64,000 bases of DNA from positions 1 through 64,000 of the IMG/VR virus record IMGVR_UViG_3300048913_000302; one strand, given 5' to 3'. The notes under the pieces are model-generated. The model was not told where the DNA came from. It made no database searches and saw only the letters and a list, made by a program, of their open reading frames with translations. Position numbers and translations under genes: made by a program. The stretch comes from an uncultured virus (IMG/VR IMGVR_UViG_3300048913_000302). Taxonomy: Duplodnaviria > Heunggongvirae > Uroviricota > Caudoviricetes. Of the stretch, positions 55,873 through 64,000 are shown one piece after another (position 1 is the first letter of the stretch; the number at the start of each line of letters is the position of its first letter).

Positions 55873-58806
55873 TTATTTCCAGTTGAGGCGCCCGTAAGCG
55901 TTCGGAGTACCGGAGGTGAGCGGAATGCCGGAACCTTGAGAAGCACGAGCCAGAACGTTACCGCCGACAGCTACACGTTTCTCAGCCACCACCTTCTGGA
56001 TACCGTCAGCAGTGGTCGTCAAGTAACCGAGATACAAAGAAGCTTGTACACCGGTTGGAGCAGCCGCGCTCTGAGCAACCACGCGGTACGACAGCACGCC
56101 ATTCACTTTAACGATCCACATGTAGAACGTCTTGTTCGCATCGACCGCGGGGTTCAACTCGTAAGTTGTATTCGCGATGACTTGATAAGTACCGTCCAAC
56201 ATGGCTGGTGTCGGGTCAGAGAAGTAGATCGTCCAGGCCGATACCGTTTTCTGAGACACGAGAACGATACAGTTGTTGCCGTCCTGGAACAACGGGTAAC
56301 CGTTATCCATCGTCCTGGTGTTCATGTCGGTAGTTGCCATCAACACGCCGAGTAGTTTACTCCCGCAGTCGATTTCTCCACGAATGAACTCCGAGCACAA
56401 TCCCCAATACAGCCCACGGGAAGGGAAGTTAATCCAACCCATCGGAGCAACCTGCCAGTGGTTCCAGACCGGTGTCCCTCGAAACGCCCATGTGCCGTTA
56501 TACGTCAACAGGTTGATAGACGTTTCAGCGTCACCGACCACGGTGATAATACTTGCCGGAACCACACCAACCACAAAACCACCATTAACACGACGGATCG
56601 CATTTTGCCCGCAGTTTTCCATAGGCGTTACGGAAAGCCCTGTGCCCTGCCATCCGATCGCCCTTGCCAGAGTCGATGGCTGAATAGCCACAGCACTGAT
56701 CGATTGACGATTACCTACGGTGATTGCACAACTGTAGACAAAGTTGGTGATTGACTGGTCTGCCGAGATATACGTACCGAAGACAAACGGAGGCATATCG
56801 GTGTACATCTGAGGAACGTTCAGCTCAAAGCACATCGATGTGTTGCGATCACCGTAGAACGTAACGCCTTTGGAGACCAGATCGTTGTAGATCTGTTGGT
56901 TGATCGACTCCATGCAGTCGCCAGTGGTGATGATCGCCCCAGAGACAGTCAGATCGGGATTGATCTTTCCTGCCTTGATCCACTGACCGGTGTTCTTCGT
57001 GAAACGCCCGTGACTTTGCCATTCCGCACCAGAATGTCCTTCGTTCAACATCACGATTGCCGTGATGTCACTAGCGCCGAGCTCTTCGAAGGTATAACGC
57101 TGGATAGTTGGAGCAAAACCTCGGTACGCGTACTTGCCAGATACCGACGAGTACTGATAAGTCGGTTCACCTGTGATCAACGCTCGAACCGCGTAGTCAC
57201 CGTATGGTTTCCCAAGCGGTTTGATGTAGTTCTTCGCAGTCAGCTGGAAATCACCGATGTTGCCGATGCAGTGGAAGGCAACGGTCAAGGCCGATCCGTG
57301 ACGCCCGGAGATGTTGACGCCCTGTACTCCAGGACCAACCCCTGTCCGCATCTGGAAATAATCCAGCGGGTCCTGATTGATATCAGGGCCGGGGAGACGA
57401 TAGAGGACTCGACTCGAGTAGTAAGTTGTCGTCCCCCACATCCACATCTGATTGAACTTGGTCGTGTACCAAGAACCGCAAGCCTGACCACCGGCATACC
57501 GCATCCACGCATTGTAGGAATCCCCAACCCATGCAGGGCAGACGCCGATGGAGAAACCGACACCGCTGACATACGTGCTGACGACTTTCTGGTTGTGGTA
57601 CTTGGCACAGTCGATGACTTTGTTATCGGGGATCTCAATAGTCCACGAACCCACGAACCCCTGCTGCTGAGCACGCTGATCGGTTGGGATGTATTGCCAG
57701 TATTTCTGTTGCATCACGATGACCCGACCATCTTCACGGACCATCGGGAATACACCTGGCGATGCCGCCGCAGGGAGCTGATTGATGTGCGCACTACCAA
57801 TCTGAGCAAACGCGTCCTGAACGTTGTCGAACAGGACAAGGTCGCTTCTCGAAACCACACCGGCGCCCCCACGGTTGATCGTCCAGCCAGTAACCTGCTC
57901 GACACCACCCCAAACACCGGCGATCAGATTGGCTACCGGGATTCTCCACACACGCCAGCCGAACTGATTGACTACATCGAGGTTGCAGAGGAAGTAGCAC
58001 CATCCGTTCTTGATGTACCCGGTAACGCCACCTACCATCGACGAGGTGTACGTCGGATGGAAATGAACGTCGAAGATCGAACCGTTGGGAACGAACACAC
58101 CGGTGTGCTTGGTGTGGTCCATCGTGTTGTTCGTGACGGAGACGAAGTAACCCGTGCGCGCCAGCGTCACCTTGTCTACCACGATACCCACGATAATGTC
58201 CTGACTACCATGGACGATCGCAAAGCACTTCATGCCGGCTGGAATGAAAGCTGGTTCGTACTGGACGTTGGACATGATGATGTTGCCGATGTCCGTCTCG
58301 GTCTGAGCATTGCGCAGATACGAGTAGAACAAGCCAGCCGTGTCACCGTCCGTACCGGTACGCAACACCATCAGCGTACCGTTGTCTTCCAACATCATCG
58401 CCACCATACCCCAAGGGGTGGTGTTACTGCCGGATTCGAAGGAACCGGTAATCGACGGCGGAAGGAACTCGCGGTCACCGTAGAAGTCCAGCGGAACGCC
58501 GGACTCGGTATCCATCAACATGTCCAACCGGTCTTCGAACTCTTGGCCGGTATAACTACCGACCTGATTGCCGTTGATACCGTGGACGTTCACACCGAGT
58601 TTACTGGTGTGTTTGGTGACTTCATCCAGCAACAGCTGCTGAATCTGTGCAGGGGTCTTGCCCTCCAGCGTGTCAGCCGAGAAAGCATAGTCCGCAAAGT
58701 CGGTGGGTTTGTCGAGGGCAAGGATCAGCTCTTCTTTGAAGTGCCTCATCTCACCGCCGAGTTCCGCAAGAGCCTCTGCGATAATCGTACTGGAGGGTTT
58801 CGACAT
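55873..58806 (-). CDS. Large tail/baseplate fibre protein (phiKZ gp145/146-like)
   Basis: 977 aa, beta-rich; PL.FYG...FLPP.I.GSFE; C-terminal GSGIP.TSG.P. Confidence 0.65.
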   Translation of the reverse strand: MSKPSSTIIAEALAELGGEMRHFKEELILALDKPTDFADYAFSADTLEGKTPAQIQQLLLDEVTKHTSKLGVNVHGINGNQVGSYTGQEFEDRLDMLMDTESGVPLDFYGDREFLPPSITGSFESGSNTTPWGMVAMMLEDNGTLMVLRTGTDGDTAGLFYSYLRNAQTETDIGNIIMSNVQYEPAFIPAGMKCFAIVHGSQDIIVGIVVDKVTLARTGYFVSVTNNTMDHTKHTGVFVPNGSIFDVHFHPTYTSSMVGGVTGYIKNGWCYFLCNLDVVNQFGWRVWRIPVANLIAGVWGGVEQVTGWTINRGGAGVVSRSDLVLFDNVQDAFAQIGSAHINQLPAAASPGVFPMVREDGRVIVMQQKYWQYIPTDQRAQQQGFVGSWTIEIPDNKVIDCAKYHNQKVVSTYVSGVGFSIGVCPAWVGDSYNAWMRYAGGQACGSWYTTKFNQMWMWGTTTYYSSRVLYRLPGPDINQDPLDYFQMRTGVGPGVQGVNISGRHGSALTVAFHCIGNIGDFQLTAKNYIKPLGKPYGDYAVRALITGEPTYQYSSVSGKYAYRGFAPTIQRYTFEELGASDITAIVMLNEGHSGAEWQSHGRFTKNTGQWIKAGKINPDLTVSGAIITTGDCMESINQQIYNDLVSKGVTFYGDRNTSMCFELNVPQMYTDMPPFVFGTYISADQSITNFVYSCAITVGNRQSISAVAIQPSTLARAIGWQGTGLSVTPMENCGQNAIRRVNGGFVVGVVPASIITVVGDAETSINLLTYNGTWAFRGTPVWNHWQVAPMGWINFPSRGLYWGLCSEFIRGEIDCGSKLLGVLMATTDMNTRTMDNGYPLFQDGNNCIVLVSQKTVSAWTIYFSDPTPAMLDGTYQVIANTTYELNPAVDANKTFYMWIVKVNGVLSYRVVAQSAAAPTGVQASLYLGYLTTTADGIQKVVAEKRVAVGGNVLARASQGSGIPLTSGTPNAYGRLNWK

Positions 58807-58828
58807 GACGGATATTTTCCTTTAAAGG

Positions 58829-59476
58829 TTACAACAGAGCCAGTTCATTCGCGGCGATTCGGAACTGATCCGAGATACCCATGCAGAACTGATCGATCGC
58901 ATCGAACTTACTGCCGACCTGCTGTAGGAGTAGTTGACGAGAAGCCAGGTCACCTTCGCGGACCGCCGCTGCCACATCGTAGGTCGCTTCTACAATCGCC
59001 TTCATGCCGTAAAGGTCATAGGCGCTGTGCAGGTGCGGAGCCGGAACGAACTGCGATGGGATACCGACCAGATCGCCGTAATAGATAGGGCGGTCGTCAG
59101 CCAGCAGTTCAATGATCGCTTGCTTGATGGCGTAGGTGGAGAAGGAGAACTCACCACCGACCATCTGCGCCGTGAAGAGGATCTTCGGCCCCACGTCAGC
59201 GTTGAGGATTTGTACGGCAGCGTAGACAGCCTGACCAGTACGTTCCCGCGCTTCACGGTACGGATGCAGGAGACGGTAATCTCCGTCTTTGAGCTCGTAA
59301 CCCGTGACGGCATCGCGCATCGCCACCGTAGTGCCGTAGAACGGTCCGTAGTCAGCGGCGAACAGTCGCGCACGAGTGTTGCCGATGGTGTGCTCTTCAT
59401 CCTTGACCTTGTTGTTGGGATTGTAGATCCCATCCAAGGCCAGGTCGAGCGGGTACTTGAAGATAATGTCAGACAT
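58829..59476 (-). CDS. Virion structural protein
   Basis: YP.D...N.V..E.H, GPFY, Q.VGG.F, P..F.P..H.H; paralogous to next gene. Confidence 0.7.
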   Translation of the reverse strand: MSDIIFKYPLDLALDGIYNPNNKVKDEEHTIGNTRARLFAADYGPFYGTTVAMRDAVTGYELKDGDYRLLHPYREARERTGQAVYAAVQILNADVGPKILFTAQMVGGEFSFSTYAIKQAIIELLADDRPIYYGDLVGIPSQFVPAPHLHSAYDLYGMKAIVEATYDVAAAVREGDLASRQLLLQQVGSKFDAIDQFCMGISDQFRIAANELALL

Positions 59477-59491
59477 TTCGACTCGCCTTTA

Positions 59492-60874
59492 TTAGCCGCG
59501 GAAGGTAGCGGTGATAGTGCCAGTTGGACTCGATGGCGGCTGCTGCCAGTTGGTCGAGACACCCACCGTCACGGAATAACGATCGCCTACAACAGTCCGA
59601 CCGTAGTTAGCGCCACCATCGACCAGCACCGTTGAGTTGTTCTGAATGACCACCGCGTAGATGCTGTGATCGTTGTACTTACGACCCCAGTTCAGTGCGA
59701 AGGTTGCGCTATAGGTAGCCGCGTTGGCCCCATCGACAGTAGCCGCACCAGTCGCTGTGACGGCCGTCAGCAGGTCCTTGGCGTTAGCGAGGTTGGTCAC
59801 AACTGGAACGCTACCCACGGCGCCAGTAACGACCTTGGCCAGCAGCATGTCGAGCTGAGTACTGTCGAAACCGCCACCGGTTTGTGCGTTCGGAGTGCCT
59901 TTCAGGGTACTCGGGATCGGGTTGTTGTCTGCACCCTTCTGGGTGTAGAGCAGCAGACTGCCGATATCGCTGACCGTGGCCCGGAGATAGTACGTCGAGT
60001 TGGTCTCGAGGCTCTGGCTGTTCCACAACGTCGTGGTGAACTGTCGAGTACGGCAACGAGCCAAACCGTTGATCTGTTGACCAACACTGATGTTCAGCCC
60101 CGCAGCGACGCGCAGCGTACCGCCAGTACCTGTTTCAGCCAGACCGAGGGAAGTCGCTACGTGACTGCCACCGCTGGTGTTGGTTTCTGGGAAAGGCAAA
60201 GCCAGTGCCGGCATGTCGGTGTACTGGTACGCCGTTTCTCGAGACTCCATCTCACGGACAGTGATTTCGTCCTTGGTGAAGTATTGCGACATCAGGATCG
60301 GTGGGTTAGCCAACCAGTCTTCAGTGCGCTGACGGATTGCAGCGGCGATGTCGTAGGTGGCTTCCACTTGCTCACGCATCCCGGTGAGGTCATCTGCCGG
60401 GTGGTTGTGTTCGATCGGCGGGAAGACTTCCGGCTTGCCATTGACTTCCTCGTAGGTAACGAAACGAGGGTCGATAGCCTTGGCGTCGAGCATCTCCAGG
60501 ATCTTGGTTTCGTTGAGCGTCCAGTTACCGCCGAGGGTCTGGTATTCGCGCAACTCGACTTGACCACCACGGGTCTTGTCGTAGAACAAGATGGAGCCGT
60601 ACACGCCACCTTTGATACCTTGGAGTTCGTACGAAGCGGAGTTGAACTTGTGACCTGGTGCCCAATCCGTACCGCGGATCAGCTCGCGACCGGTCGCGAC
60701 GTCGAACAGCTTCATGGTGTCGCGGAAGAACGGAGTTGCCTTCGGAATGATCCAGTGGAAATCCAGCTCTTCTTCAGGCGGGTTCAGCGTTTGTTTTTCC
60801 GGCCCTACCTTGTTGGTTGTGGCCGCACCCGTGATGTCCTCCGGGTACAGGTATTCGAGGATTGGGTCAGTCAT
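59492..60874 (-). CDS. Virion structural protein with fibre-like C-terminus
   Basis: YP.D.TG....N.V..E, PFF, YQTLGG.W, P..FPP..H.H. Confidence 0.7.
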   Translation of the reverse strand: MTDPILEYLYPEDITGAATTNKVGPEKQTLNPPEEELDFHWIIPKATPFFRDTMKLFDVATGRELIRGTDWAPGHKFNSASYELQGIKGGVYGSILFYDKTRGGQVELREYQTLGGNWTLNETKILEMLDAKAIDPRFVTYEEVNGKPEVFPPIEHNHPADDLTGMREQVEATYDIAAAIRQRTEDWLANPPILMSQYFTKDEITVREMESRETAYQYTDMPALALPFPETNTSGGSHVATSLGLAETGTGGTLRVAAGLNISVGQQINGLARCRTRQFTTTLWNSQSLETNSTYYLRATVSDIGSLLLYTQKGADNNPIPSTLKGTPNAQTGGGFDSTQLDMLLAKVVTGAVGSVPVVTNLANAKDLLTAVTATGAATVDGANAATYSATFALNWGRKYNDHSIYAVVIQNNSTVLVDGGANYGRTVVGDRYSVTVGVSTNWQQPPSSPTGTITATFRG

Positions 60875-60948
60875 TACAAGACTCCACTAAAAATATGAGA
60901 CTGGGCGTCTAGGACGCCGAGCATATCATTTTCCAACGAGGTGCTGGG

Positions 60949-62223
60949 ATGTATACGTGCGAACGAGCGTTAGTGCGCCGCTATGGCGTGAATCAGCGGC
61001 TGATCGAGACGCAAGTCAACCACGCCCCAGTGCGTGAATTGCTTACCGACTACGCTGTGGTGTACCTGATCCTGTCGAACCCCGTGTTCGCCACCGAGGT
61101 CAGTCTGAACCTGGCTGATGTCAGCGACATCATCTTTAAACTCAATCCATCGACGACTGTCGATACATGGTTGGAAGCCAACGGCAACAAGACACTGCCG
61201 ATCTCTGAGACCATCGTCAAAGCCAGCGCTGGTGTGGTGAAGTACCGCGACCTGCTGGTTGCCAAGTACGATGTGCAGAAAGTCCACCCATGGTCCGGTG
61301 ACGGTAACCTGCTACTCGATGCAGAACTCACCGACCTGCGCGTTACCCGTGAAGGTTGTGACTACAAGGAGTTGTACGAACACGGTCTGTTCACCGTAAA
61401 TGGCCTTTGCCATATCACAGACTATTCGTCGAGAGGTGTGGTCATCAAAGGCGGTGGACGCAGTATCCATTACGCCAACCGCAATCAGCTGGGTCTGCAC
61501 AGCTTCCTTTCTGTCGGCAAGATGAGCTTCCATCCGATCACTGACGAGATGATTCGTCCGATCGGTAAAGACAGCATGAACAACGATTACCCGTTGCGTC
61601 GTGGTGTCCTGCTCAGCATGCCTGACATCGACCTGACTGATAAAGTCGTGCTGATCTCGATGATGGGCATCCTGCACTTCAACAACGAGAAGTATTCGGT
61701 GCGAGGCGATCACGACATCATGCTCGAGTGGTGGAAGCTACCACTGATGGACATGTTCTACAACGTCAAGCCGTTCATCGACATGTCGTCTGTGGAAGAG
61801 CATCTGGATACGCCGAGCATCCATGGTGACGCAATGGACATGAACCGTGTCAACTCCGATGCTGCGGTACGTGCGATCCTCAAGCTCCCTCAGTCGTTCA
61901 TCATCCTCCTTGAGGCCGAGAACTTCTTCTGCGATCGTATTGGCTTGGAGCAAACTGGCCTGGCTGGGCGTTACACCTACCACGCTCAACCGAAGTACCC
62001 ACTTCAGCTGGAGAACGGTTTCCTGCCGGAGTACGTGTCGTACGATGACCATGGTGAGTTCGTGATCTCGATCGACAAGAACCTGGTTAACCGTTGGGCG
62101 CACGACACTCGACCTTACGCAAAGGAAGACAACTACGTCAACTCATCGAGAGAGTCGAGCTTCCCGACCTTCTACGCCAGTGCGTATCTGTTGGAGATGG
62201 GGACTGAGTACATCGAGCAATGA
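60949..62223 (+). CDS. Putative virion protein
   Basis: GAGG SD; TATG at 60894; LFTVNG..H and LPQSFII motifs. Confidence 0.65.
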   Translation: MYTCERALVRRYGVNQRLIETQVNHAPVRELLTDYAVVYLILSNPVFATEVSLNLADVSDIIFKLNPSTTVDTWLEANGNKTLPISETIVKASAGVVKYRDLLVAKYDVQKVHPWSGDGNLLLDAELTDLRVTREGCDYKELYEHGLFTVNGLCHITDYSSRGVVIKGGGRSIHYANRNQLGLHSFLSVGKMSFHPITDEMIRPIGKDSMNNDYPLRRGVLLSMPDIDLTDKVVLISMMGILHFNNEKYSVRGDHDIMLEWWKLPLMDMFYNVKPFIDMSSVEEHLDTPSIHGDAMDMNRVNSDAAVRAILKLPQSFIILLEAENFFCDRIGLEQTGLAGRYTYHAQPKYPLQLENGFLPEYVSYDDHGEFVISIDKNLVNRWAHDTRPYAKEDNYVNSSRESSFPTFYASAYLLEMGTEYIEQ

Positions 62224-62225
62224 CA

Positions 62226-62261
62226 GCATACAGCCGGGGCCAGTGCCCCGGCTGTATGTCG
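62226..62261. terminator. Bidirectional hairpin with TATG flanks
   Basis: gcatacagccggggc-cagt-gccccggctgtatgt. Confidence 0.8.
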
Positions 62262-62262
62262 T

Positions 62263-62532
62263 TTACATGGCGATGTTCATCCATGGGTTACCGTTTGCAA
62301 CGTGATCACACGAAGCACGGTTACCTGTTCTAACTACCGGCACTCCACCAAGACGCATCCAGGTCGATCCCTCAACCATGACTGGCGCCATGTGTTGTCC
62401 AGGACCGTGAGGTGACACAACGTCTCCCAACAGAGAGATCGGTTTGCCCATCACTCTCCATGTAGGTTTGCCTGGACCAATGATCGTACCGCCTGCTTGA
62501 GACTCACCTACCAAAGAAACTGGAAGCATCAT
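62263..62532 (-). CDS. PAAR-family spike tip protein
   Basis: GKPISLLGD...PH...H, GVPVVRTG...SC.H. Confidence 0.8.
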   Translation of the reverse strand: MMLPVSLVGESQAGGTIIGPGKPTWRVMGKPISLLGDVVSPHGPGQHMAPVMVEGSTWMRLGGVPVVRTGNRASCDHVANGNPWMNIAM

Positions 62533-63422
62533 GGACCCCCGTCGAACTGTGGTGATTTGAGAACGGTGCCACCGGCTGTCAGCGTCAAGATGCTGCCGCC
62601 ACCATCGATAGATGCAAGCACACCGCCCTTAGCGCGACAGTTCTGCTTGGCATCGAGGTCGATGTTCTGCCCAGCTGTCAGACTGATGTTCTGCCCAGCA
62701 TCGAGTTTGATGTCTTTATCAGCCCTGCCTTCGATGTTCTGTGGTGCGTAAGCTTTGATGTCCTTACGGTCCAGCTTGACGAAAGTACCGTCCTGGTTCT
62801 GAAGATGAATCAGGTGGTTCTTACTGTTCAGGAGCATCCAGTTGCCGAGGTCGTCGTTCACACTGAACTCACCGCCCGCCAGATCGAAGAACATTTCGTA
62901 CGAACAGAACTCACCATTGACCTTCGATGTCTGCAGCGCAACCTTCTTCGAATGGCTGGACATCTCGAACCAATACATGCTTTTGGGATCGAGCGGCATC
63001 TTCTCACCAGGCTTCTGCTCGGTGGTGTTAGCCGAGATACCGAAGATGATGGTTTCAAGTTTCATCAAGTGATCGTCGAGACCCAGGTAACGCCAGTAGT
63101 ACTTTGCCTCGTCCGCCGTCTGGAATAACTCCACCCGCATACCGCGTCGCACCGTTGGAGGTGTCAAACGGTTAGCGCCGGCAGGTAACCACTCACATGG
63201 GATCGTGTTGTTGGTGATGAACCCACCCTGAGTCTCCACACCCTGCGCATCCTGCGACTTGTAGGTCATGGGGGTAGGGTTGTTAGCCAACTCACCGTCG
63301 CGCATCGACAACCACTCTGTGGGCGTCACACGCACGGTGTTGTTGATGGCAGTCCCCGACTTCACCTCGATGTTTTCAGCAACAACCCCGATAGCCACTT
63401 TCTTGAACACCGATGCGTCCAT
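62529..63422 (-). CDS. Baseplate central spike protein (gp5/gpV-like)
   Basis: NR.TPP.VRRG.RV; C-terminal beta-helix repeats AGQNI.L.A; adjacent to PAAR. Confidence 0.7.
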   Translation of the reverse strand: MDASVFKKVAIGVVAENIEVKSGTAINNTVRVTPTEWLSMRDGELANNPTPMTYKSQDAQGVETQGGFITNNTIPCEWLPAGANRLTPPTVRRGMRVELFQTADEAKYYWRYLGLDDHLMKLETIIFGISANTTEQKPGEKMPLDPKSMYWFEMSSHSKKVALQTSKVNGEFCSYEMFFDLAGGEFSVNDDLGNWMLLNSKNHLIHLQNQDGTFVKLDRKDIKAYAPQNIEGRADKDIKLDAGQNISLTAGQNIDLDAKQNCRAKGGVLASIDGGGSILTLTAGGTVLKSPQFDGGP

Positions 63423-63488
63423 CAGGATCTCCCTCGGTTATTTGTTAATGAAACTTCATATAGTACAGGGCTCTCACGGAGAAGCATC

Positions 63489-64000
63489 GTGTTTTACGAA
63501 GAAATTATTCTTGAGCGTTGTAACCGTACAGCGCTTAACGGTAAGGAACGAGTTGTTATTCGTCCTACCTCTCGGGTTCAAATGGTGCTGGGCACTAACA
63601 GTAGCGGTAAGAGCAGTTTGCTGGAGTTGGGTTTCTCTCCCATCCCACCAGATCCTCACAACTTTGATAAGCCGGGTTTCTGGTCAGTCAAGTTCCACCA
63701 CAAAGGCCGTCACTATCATGAGACTGCTGAGTACGGTGACAAGAACCGCTACACCTTCAGCGTCGATGGTGGGGAGAACCTTAACCGCGGTGGTACCATC
63801 ACCGTTCAGCTGGAGCTGATCAAACAGTATCTTGGTGGTTACGATCGTGATCTGCACGCGTTCTTGACCGGTCAGGAGAAGTCGCGGTTCACTGCGATGG
63901 AAGCCAAACGTCGTCAGCACTGGATCGCCAAGTTCAGCGAGCAAGACTTCACCTACGCTTTCGATCGCTACAACCACTACAAGCGTCAGGCTAACGCCAC
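63489..64000 (+). CDS. SbcC/Rad50-like ATPase, N-terminal part (runs off window)
   Basis: GGAG SD, GTG 63489; MFYEEIIL...QMVLGTNSSGKSSLL Walker A; open to window end. Confidence 0.75.
   Translation, partial: MFYEEIILERCNRTALNGKERVVIRPTSRVQMVLGTNSSGKSSLLELGFSPIPPDPHNFDKPGFWSVKFHHKGRHYHETAEYGDKNRYTFSVDGGENLNRGGTITVQLELIKQYLGGYDRDLHAFLTGQEKSRFTAMEAKRRQHWIAKFSEQDFTYAFDRYNHYKRQANA

Noticed and set aside
418..62261. Repeated CATACAGCC...GGCTGTATG palindromes as CRISPR repeats, REPs or MITEs
   Set aside because: Dispersed singly at gene ends, with variable inner stems, no spacers, and no cas or transposase gene; terminator-like role is simpler.
1..64000. Naming the exact phage or host, or asserting a phage nucleus
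   Set aside because: Chimallin and tubulin genes are not in this window; family placement rests on synteny and recalled motifs only.

Overview
64 kb of a phiKZ-related (Chimalliviridae-type) jumbo myophage genome, probably infecting a gamma-proteobacterium; the host cannot be read from the sequence. Recognisable core block: DnaB-like helicase, major capsid protein, non-virion RNA polymerase beta-subunit piece, RuvC-like resolvase, portal, endolysin, baseplate/tail proteins, PAAR plus spike, and a truncated SbcC-like ATPase. A 15 kb array of paralogous tail/fibre modules and several accessory operons are interspersed. Most notable: (i) a closed, multi-helix ~215 nt ncRNA candidate (8962-9180) and a weaker second one (10627-10820); (ii) a Tad1-family immune-signal sponge fused to extra domains; (iii) an SF2 helicase with an ADP-ribosyltransferase-like domain flanked by prohead-protease sites; (iv) a CYTH operon whose two mini-ORFs carry isolated terminase-like and EF-Tu-like P-loop fragments; (v) a possible displaced gp68-like promoter-specificity subunit; (vi) a repeat-scaffold plus swappable-head fibre system; (vii) an apparent two-class terminator code. 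All family assignments come from visual motif recognition and recalled sequences, not database searches.
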